From: Lepidodermella squamata
Lineage: Eukaryota > Animalia > Gastrotricha
Direction of reading: 5' to 3'
Assembly: GCA_047495785.1 (NCBI GenBank)
Contig: JBLDXI010000054.1
Location: forward strand, 1-64,000
Length of the DNA stretch: 64,000 nucleotides
Below the pieces are notes generated by a model. That model did no database searches. It was given only the letters and a program-made list of their open reading frames with translations, and was not told the DNA's origin. A program made the position numbers and the translations under genes. Positions 55,781 to 64,000 of this stretch are shown here, one piece after another; the stretch's first letter is position 1, and each line of letters opens with the position of its first letter.

Positions 55781-56266
55781 ATGGCCATGTATCAGTATCA
55801 GTATGAGAATGAAAATTTTGACTTCGTGTGAATGTCGATGAAATATTGTCTAAAACATGAACATACAGCCATGAACGGCTTTAAGATCGGGGATTGATTG
55901 TGTGGCGGTATCTTTTTATTTTTTTATCATGTTAGATTTGATAAACGTGAAAATTGTTACGCATTTTACCGTGATGCTCTCCGGAGCGCGATGAACGTAG
56001 CAAACAGGGTGAGCAATGCACTTTACCGGCCTAGTTGCGCCAGTCTGCAAACTTTGAAAGTTTGTTTACGCAGAACAGTGTTCCGATCCTTGTCAAACAC
56101 CACACGGCAAAATCAAGATAAGCTCGTGATATTGTTTGAAATATTCTCTGATGAATGATCTGCGTTCTACGGACGAATATCTCAATATCCGGTACATAAA
56201 TCTTGGATTGTCGCGCTATGAGGCATGAGGCATTTGTTATTTTTTCGTCCAAAACTGAAGCTGACT

Positions 56267-57415
56267 ATGAAATTGAAGCTGTTTTTGTACCTGTTGTTGT
56301 GCTCGTTCAACCAAATGGCCGCAGAAAATCTCACGTATGCAGCGACTTTGAAAGCAGCGGATCTTCTTAACGCAAGGTGCAACATTGGCCCTACAGCGAA
56401 CTCACCAACAGAATACGAGGGAACCCCTACTCCGATAATACTTTTCCTTCAAATCGACAGATTTCTCGGCATAAATGACGTTGAAGAATCCCTGTCATTC
56501 AACGGCCTTCTTCAAATGGTTTGGTTTGTTCCTTGCGTCAGTCAGTACGTGAACGACCCAGCAAACCAATGGCCTCCTATGCTGACAATGCTCCAAAATG
56601 AGCAAGCGACATCGTATTGGATGCCACCTATTGGCCTTAGAAATGCAGTCGGCCAAATGATAATGGAGCTAGCAAGCGAATTTGCGGGAGTAATATCCAT
56701 ATATCCTTATGAAGCTCGATTTGTTGGTGGCTATGCCGGTCGATTCACTTACACCTGCGATCTCGACCTAACATTGTTTCCATTTGATACCCAGACTTGC
56801 ACTGCGTTAATTTATCAACGAGTGGTTACCAAATTCTTCATAATGGCGGACGCTAAATTCATTACAATAACGTCTGAGATAATTCCGCAAAACTCGAACT
56901 GGATATTGCTGTCCAATCGAACTGAAATACAAGAATTTGATGTGGTTAATTTCGGCAGGGTGAACCAAGCAGCTTTCACGATGGTTCTGAAACGAAGGGC
57001 TGAGTTCTACATGCTGAACATGTTCGCACCGAGTTTCATTCTATCGACCCTGGAAATCGCTGCATTTGGAATCCCGGCGACTGAGCCTGATCGAGCTGCA
57101 TTCGCATGTTCAGTCATGCTGTCGATTTTCGTGCTTCAGGGTATGTTCTCAGCTGCTGTTCCTCAGTCACCTCGGCCCATAATCACCTCGTACTATGTTC
57201 TCGGAGTAATTATGTTCGCTATGATTTGCTCGACATACGCAGCTATCATGTGCGGCTACTGCATCATGTACGAAGACCGAGCAAACAGGATCGTGCATTT
57301 CTGTGGCAAAAAGATGCGCGCTTTCGTCGCTATCGACATCGTCGCATTTCTCATTTTCTTTTTGACCTACATTTCGTTCAATGTTATTTTAACGGGCTAC
57401 CTCGCGTTCAATTGA
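56267..57415 (+). CDS. Cys-loop LGIC subunit, intronless (subfamily B)
   Basis: MKLKLF start shared with the 53621 paralog; Cys-loop; four TM helices. Confidence 0.93.
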   Translation: MKLKLFLYLLLCSFNQMAAENLTYAATLKAADLLNARCNIGPTANSPTEYEGTPTPIILFLQIDRFLGINDVEESLSFNGLLQMVWFVPCVSQYVNDPANQWPPMLTMLQNEQATSYWMPPIGLRNAVGQMIMELASEFAGVISIYPYEARFVGGYAGRFTYTCDLDLTLFPFDTQTCTALIYQRVVTKFFIMADAKFITITSEIIPQNSNWILLSNRTEIQEFDVVNFGRVNQAAFTMVLKRRAEFYMLNMFAPSFILSTLEIAAFGIPATEPDRAAFACSVMLSIFVLQGMFSAAVPQSPRPIITSYYVLGVIMFAMICSTYAAIMCGYCIMYEDRANRIVHFCGKKMRAFVAIDIVAFLIFFLTYISFNVILTGYLAFN

Positions 57416-58166
57416 ATTCCGCTCCTATGTTGAACTAACGCATATGAGGTGAGAGGATCATCTCCCTATCGTTCGAGAGCTAACATGCGCTGTATATTGT
57501 CTTATGTAAACTGTTTCATACCCTGAAATTATACCAGCAGTCAACTACTTTTAGCAAGTGTTATGTAATCGTTTTCAAAATAGCTTATGGTGAATGAATA
57601 AAATACACCCTTAGTCTTAGCGTAGTTACTGATTAGGTGAGCTCTAATTTTTATTTTCGATTTTGGCAGTAAATCAAAAGTTTCACAAATCAATCATTCT
57701 TCAAATTTAGCACGCTTTACGAATCTGGACCTGAGATTTATGACCGCTTTCGCCCATCAGCTAATGCTGACTCTAAGGGGTATATTCGGACCCTAATTTT
57801 CAGCTAACAGAGGTTGGGACCCCTGAGTTACTATCGGGCTTTCTTGACTGTACATTAAGAACTGGGGGCGCAATTATTGAATGTCACGGTTTGATCTAGA
57901 ATCTAGATGAACAATATCCTTTGCCGACTTATTAAAACACTTCCCATTAATTGCTGCTAGTAATCAGCGAACCATATCGATTGAAACTACGCAGCAGAAT
58001 ATCATACGAACGAGGGCTCCTAATAACACGAATGACAATTGGGTTGACTCGTGAGGCAGCATAAATAGCAAGAGGTGGGCAAACATCCGCCAATAATTGA
58101 TCATAAAGTTAAGCTCTAAGTCTTCCACTTATTCGTTGTTGGCATTTTAAATAAACCGATTATGAA

Positions 58167-59330
58167 ATGTTTATTATACTCACCGTTTCCATATTCGCAG
58201 TCACGAGTGCGGAAACCGATCTTGACCTTATTCTGTCGCAATGTCACGTGTCGCCTGAAGCAAACTCGCCCAGCGAGCTCACAGGTCAACCTACTTTAAT
58301 TCGAACTTCTTTGATGGTCGACCGAATAATGGAACTGGACGACGTGAGTGAGACAATGAAGATAGGCGGAGTTTTCATAGTCAACTGGTTCGACAGGTGC
58401 ACAGCTACTCTGCAAGGCAACACAACCACATCCGTGATTCAGTTGTTCGACGATAGCCTCGGTAAAATATGGAGGCCGCGATTTTTCCATCGCAATGGCA
58501 TAACTAACACTGCGTTGAAAGGCGATGACATAGGCAAGGCCCTGGCTATCGAGATACCGATTGGTGTCTACTACGAGCAAACGGTTGGCCTTTTCGATTC
58601 ATATTGTTACTTCGACTTTTTTCGATATCCTTTTGAAAGGTACTTAGGCTTTACTGAAAAGGGACGCATTATCTAGAAAAAATCTGATTTTTTTCAAAGG
58701 CAATTCTGTTGCGCAAAATTTGTGCTGATGAATCGGCATCAATTCGCTTATATCGAATTCGCAACTGTAAATTTCCTATCGAACGACATCATCTCCAACG
58801 GCTCTGTCTGGCGATATCTTTCGAGCAGCGCTTCAGTCGATCGCAGTAATTCATCTGGAAATTATAACGACTACAACGTCGCTGAATTTTGCTTCTATTT
58901 CCAACGCAACCCAGACTACTATCTTATCAACCTATTCGCACCAGGTTTTATTCTGAGTCTGTTGGAAGAATCAAGTTTCCTCGTGCCAGCCGAGTTCCCA
59001 GACCGAGCTGCACTAGCGTGTACCTTCATGCTGTCAACCTTCGTCCTGCAAGCCCAAATGCTGTCGAGCCTACCGAAAACTTCGCAAGCTATCGTTGCAG
59101 AGTATTACCTGCTTGGTCAAACGATTTTCGCCATGTTGATTGCAATATATTCCTCGGCGATATGTACGTTTGTGACTCTGTGGCCGGACAAAGCTCGCAG
59201 TGATCTGGTCGTGTTCAAGAAAAGCTTCAGATATTACATTTTCGTTGACTTGGTAGCTTGCTCGGTTTTTGCCACTGTGTTCACCTGTTTCAATCTGGCG
59301 ACGGCTTGGGTCTTTATAGTTAGCGCTTGA
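58167..59330 (+). CDS. Divergent Cys-loop LGIC subunit with one 60-nt intron (58640-58699)
   Basis: Splicing restores C-x13-C: CYFDFFRYPFERQFC; PDRAAL M2. Confidence 0.9.
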
Positions 59331-59816
59331 TAGACTATTACACTACCGTAAACTCTTGACTCAAGGATTGCGTGATATATGATATAAGTACCTTTTGGGA
59401 GTATTATTTTTTATTATCTCATTTCTCATTTTCTTTCTCAGTAAATTGCTGACGTGCGCTATTCATTCGAAACTTGGGAACAGAACATAAAAAATACGAA
59501 GGAGAAGCTGATCAAACAAATAGATTAATCATGAGTAAATTACGAAAACACAATGCATGCTTTCTACATCTAAGTACTGAGCTGAAGCCGATTCTCATCA
59601 ACAATACTTAATACATGTGACTATTAAGCTCAAGGTCAGTGAGTAAGCCAAAAAGTGAAGCAGATGCCGAAGTTATTTTTAAACTGCACTATCGATTTTA
59701 TAAGCTATAAATAGACTCATGTTTGACCAGCTTATTCGCTTGGCATAAAATTTATTCTGTTCTTAATTCTTCGCTCGCAACTCGTCATTTGGTTCAATTT
59801 TTTCATCACAAGAAAA

Positions 59817-61360
59817 ATGAATTTTCTCCTCGTCTCCGCACTGTTCGCAATTAATGCGCAAAAAGGTTATTTTAATATTAGACTAACAGCATAGAATTAT
59901 ATCTCACCCCTTTTTCAGCATGCAGCGTCATCTACACAGCGCCTGTAACCAGCATGGGCCTGGAGGTATTTTAATGGTTTCCACCATAGTAAAACAACTG
60001 AAGTAGCATGTCATTTGATATAGCATAACTCGCCTTATAATGTGGACGTAACGTTCGGAACACCGGGACAAACTTTCCCTTTGATGGTTGATTCTGGCTC
60101 GAAGCCTCTCCAAGTTGCCGGTTTGCCCTTCGCTCGAGCTCTGAACTACCAAATCGATGGATTCGACGTTTCGAAATCCAAAACGTGGGAGAATGCGAGC
60201 AAAACTATCCCTCCGAATCAGATCAACTACGGCAGCGCCTCTCTTGCCTGCACTTTCGGCTACGACACTGTTTCCTTCGGAAATTTCAACGTGAAGAGAA
60301 CAGTCATTGCGATAACATACGAGGCCCTGTCTGGGAACCCGCCCAACGGCCACAGTGGCGTAGTCGGGATGGGGTGGCAGGATTACACCCAGCCTTGCAT
60401 CGCCAAGTCGCCATCTTGCATCTTACCAGCTATCATTTCTGCAGCTGTAGCGGAAAAGAACCAGCCGATCTGGACCATCTACCTAACATCAGCTTCGGGA
60501 TTCAAGGAGGGTGGCTTGAACATCGGAACGATTGATAGAAGCCAATTCACTGGAGATATCGTCTATTCGAAAGTCACGCCATACGGCATTTCGAATACCA
60601 AGTGGAACGTATATCTCGACAAAATTTCGGTAAAGAAAAGCCACAGGTTATTCGCAGTTTGAAAGTATGGGAATCCTTTCAAATTCAATAAAAAATGTTG
60701 TCAATTCAATGCGCCAAACTCGTTCGGCGGGGTTTCAGAGAGGGCGAAATTTCATTTCTCTATGGCTAGCTATAGAATAATCCTTTATTGCTGTTCTGCT
60801 TTCGTAATTTCCTAGCAGCTTTTGTCGCCCATTGACATTTTTTTCGAATTCGCCTCACAAGTTATTTTACATTACAGGTCAATGGCAAAACAATTGCTTG
60901 CCAAAACGGAGCTTGCAGCATCCTTCCCGATACCGGAACAACCGCTGCCATCAACCTGCCGTCCACTGAAGTCGCCACTGCAATTGCGAAAGGTCTGGGC
61001 GCTACTCAGCAGTGCACGGAAGCAAGCTGCAAGGACACCGAGGACAACTGGAACGGCGCAAACTGGGGCTGGCCGTGTAGTGCTAAGCTCTCGAAATCTC
61101 TGCCGACCCTCAATTTCGAGATAAATGGTGGCCGTGTCACAGTTCCTCCCGCAGTGTATCTTGGCAATAACCAGTTGGGGAAAACGAGCGGATGGTGTTC
61201 TTTGGGGTCGCCAGGTGGCATCTTCAAGGTGAGCGCAAATTCCAACAATCAGATTATTCTGGGCAAGCCAGTCATCCAGCGCTACTACAACGTCTTCGAT
61301 GTTGGAAATGCTCGCTGGGGCTTCGCCCCCGTCGTTGGTCTTCCTGCCGATTTAGCTTGA
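59817..61360 (+). CDS. Pepsin-family (A1) aspartic protease, copy 1, 4 exons
   Basis: Signal peptide exon; VTFGTPGQ..VDSGS; INYGS flap; GVVGMG; PDTGT; IILG; YNVFDVGNARWGFA. Confidence 0.9.
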
Positions 61361-61879
61361 GAGAAACCCTCGCAGCAGCGCAAGGTACTGAGAAAGAGAT
61401 GAGAGATAACGATGAGAAAGGATAAAGAAGAAATGAATAAACCCAATTAACACCTAATGACTACTTATACCAATTCCGAATATCAAAATTTGTCCTGGTT
61501 AATAATTATTTCTGTTAAATCTTTCGCAAAGTAGTGAAAAGAAGGCCGGTATCATAACTCTAAACTGGCTCTGACGCTCTGAATGCGTGTTTCAACCTGC
61601 AATCAGGACTCGCCACAGTACACTATATACTCCTACAGAAAAAAAGCAGTGTACACAAATCAAAGCCATAAGATAAGCACTGCCCTGGAAATGACTAAGT
61701 ATATTTACGTAAGTAAAAAAAGTACCGTAACGTTGGGCGCTTTGGCGAGTACTAACTGAATTGATTTTTCCATGATAAGAGCACTCTTGTTTGACAAGCT
61801 CAACTCTCCGGGAATCGCATTTTTCGCATAATTCTTCGCTTGTAACTCATTATGTAATTCTGATTTTTGTTCAGTAAAG

Positions 61880-63368
61880 ATGAAATTTCTTATCTTCTCC
61901 GCACTGTTCGCAATTCATGCGCAAAAAGGTTAGTTTGAGATTCGCCGTAACAGCATCGCGAAATACTAACCCCATATATTTAGCGTCAAGCGTCATTTAC
62001 ACAGCACCCGTAACCAGCTTGGGCATAGAGGTAAGTATATTAATGTAAATGTTTCCATGTGAGGCTGTATCATTAAATTGATTCAGCATAGTTCGCCCTA
62101 CAATGTCGACGTAACGTTCGGAACGCCCGGTCAAACCTTCCCTTTGATGGTCGATTCTGGCTCGAAACCGCTCCAAGTCGCGGGTCGACCCTTTGCGCGA
62201 GCTCTTGACAACAGAATCGGTGGGTTTGACGTTTCAAAATCCAAAACCTGGGGAAATGCGAGCAAAACTATCCCTCCGAGTCAGATCAACTACGGCAGCG
62301 CTTCTCTGGCCTGCACTTTCGGCTACGACACTGTTTCCTTCGGAAATTTCAACGTGAAGAGAACAGTCATTGCGATAACTTATGAAGCCCTGTCTGGAAA
62401 CCCGCCCAACGGACATAGTGGCGTAGTCGGCATGGGTTGGCAGAATCACACCCAAGCCTGCGTCCCAAAATCGCCATCTTGCATCTTACCAGCTATTATT
62501 TCGGCCGCTGTAGCGGAAAAGAACCTCCCGATTTGGACCATCTATCTAACAGCAGCTTCGGGATTCAAGGAGGGTGGCTTGAACATCGGTATGATTGACC
62601 AAAGCCAATTCACTGGTAGAATTGTCTATTCGAAGGTCACGCCATTCGGCATTTCGAAAACCAAGTGGAGCGTTTATCTAGACAAAATTTCGGTTAGGAA
62701 ATATCTTCTCGTTTAATGGGGTACAGTACACCCGGCTCGATAGATCCGAGCGAGAAAACCTAATGAAGAACTTTAATCCGAAAGTGTTGAAAAACACTCT
62801 AAATATGAAATTTTATTCCTCCTCGTTTTCTCATTTCTGGAACAGATTGTTTGCGAGGCCATTTACAGTTGTTATTGCATTACAGGTCAACGGTAAAGCT
62901 ATTGCTTGCCAGAGCAGTGCTTGCAGCATCATTCCTGATACCGGAACTACCGCTGCCATCAACCTACCTTCCACTGAAGTCGCCACTGCAATTGCGAAAG
63001 GTCTGGGCGCTACTCAACAATGTACAAAATCTAGCTGCAAGGACACAAATGAAAACTGGAACGGCGCAAACTGGGGCTGGCCGTGTAGTGCTAAGCTCTC
63101 GAAATCTCTGCCGACCCTCAATTTCGAGATAAATGGTGGTCGTGTCACTGTTCCTCCGGCAGTGTATCTTGGCCGTAAGCAGATGAACAAAACGAGCGGC
63201 TGGTGTTCTCTGGGCGCGCCTGGTGGCATCTTCAAGGTGAACGCAAACTCGCAGAATCTGATCATTGTTGGCAAGCCAGTCATCCAGCGCTACTACAACG
63301 TCTTCGATGTTGGAAATGCTCGCTGGGGCTTCGCGCCTGTTGTTGGTCTACCAGCCGATTTGGCATGA
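61880..63368 (+). CDS. Pepsin-family (A1) aspartic protease, copy 2, 4 exons
   Basis: Near-identical exons and the same intron positions as copy 1; DSGS and DTGT motifs. Confidence 0.9.
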
Positions 63369-63447
63369 TATGAAGTCTTATAGCCATACTAAGGCGATCG
63401 GAAAAGTGAAATGAGACTGAGAGATACTTATTTGAAGATAGATACTA

Positions 63448-63625
63448 CAGTCAGTCCTCGCCATAGTACACTCCGTTATAGTGCACTTATTCGTCATAGT
63501 ACACGTTTTGGCCGGTCCCAATTATGAGCTGACAAGCTAATTTCGACTCGCAAGGGTACATTTTTCGCTTATGTACACCTTTTTTCGGGTCCCCCGTGAA
63601 AGTGTACTATGGCGAGAACTGACTG
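63448..63625. mobile_element. Tc1/mariner-pogo type MITE
   Basis: 25-bp TIR CAGTCAGT(C/T)CTCGCCATAGTACACT with one mismatch; TA on both flanks. Confidence 0.9.
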
Positions 63626-64000
63626 TAGTTCCCGTTCAAAAAAGCTATGGGCGAGGGTATCGAAAAATAGATGAAGGGATGAAAAATAATTGAATAAAAG
63701 GACCAATGTTACTCAGACAGGTTTTGATTGGATCAACTGGTCTTTCAATTGCTAGGTACTTCAGCTTCAGGTTATCGCTTATCACTTATCACTTATTGTT
63801 TAGACTTAACAAGAATTTCATGGCTGCTGTGTTGCAGAAGGCACTCGTCGTATCTGTTATAAATTTAGAACTTCGAAGCGAATAGTCGTTGGAGAGTACG
63901 TGTCGTGTCGAATCACTGTTATTTTCGAAATAATATTAACTAATTGCAGGGACCCCGCACAGAACAGGTTACGAATAAAACAACAGCTATGAGTTCAAAG

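Noticed and set aside
18083-59330. Naming the channels as canonical nAChR alpha, 5-HT3 or GABA subunits, or as bacterial GLIC/ELIC
   Set aside because: There is no vicinal CC, loop B SWTY, GEK or PAR motif; a true Cys-loop disulfide and neighbouring spliceosomal introns show they are animal genes.

Overview
This is animal (invertebrate) genomic DNA with short introns and two parts. (1) About 1.1-18.08 kb is an apparently intact Polinton/Maverick (beta-adintovirus-like) endogenous virus. It encodes pPolB with vOTU and EndoVII domains, a PLA2-integrase-chromodomain fusion, a packaging ATPase, penton, major capsid, core/membrane proteins, an adenain protease, a zinc-ribbon protein, a VLTF3-like factor and a fibre-like protein. 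Its right end (...ACTACT, 18082) interrupts a Cys-loop receptor gene. The left end is not in the window, so the Ly6/three-finger gene at 475-1031 may be cargo. Eight virion-module genes have TCTA 11-14 nt before the ATG, like the CroV/mavirus late promoter. The protease has no usable ATG and appears to be reached by a -1 frameshift at A_AAA_AAC. (2) 18-59 kb is a tandem array of 17 divergent, nearly all intronless pentameric ligand-gated ion channel genes (14 intact, 3 disrupted). They lack the canonical acetylcholine-binding residues, have a PDR/PER pore motif and have a very short M3-M4 loop, so they are a candidate chemoreceptor family. Ankyrin genes, a sushi-domain membrane gene, TE fragments and two tandem pepsin-like proteases are also present. 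All calls come from reading motifs by eye; no searches were run and the host species cannot be identified from this window.
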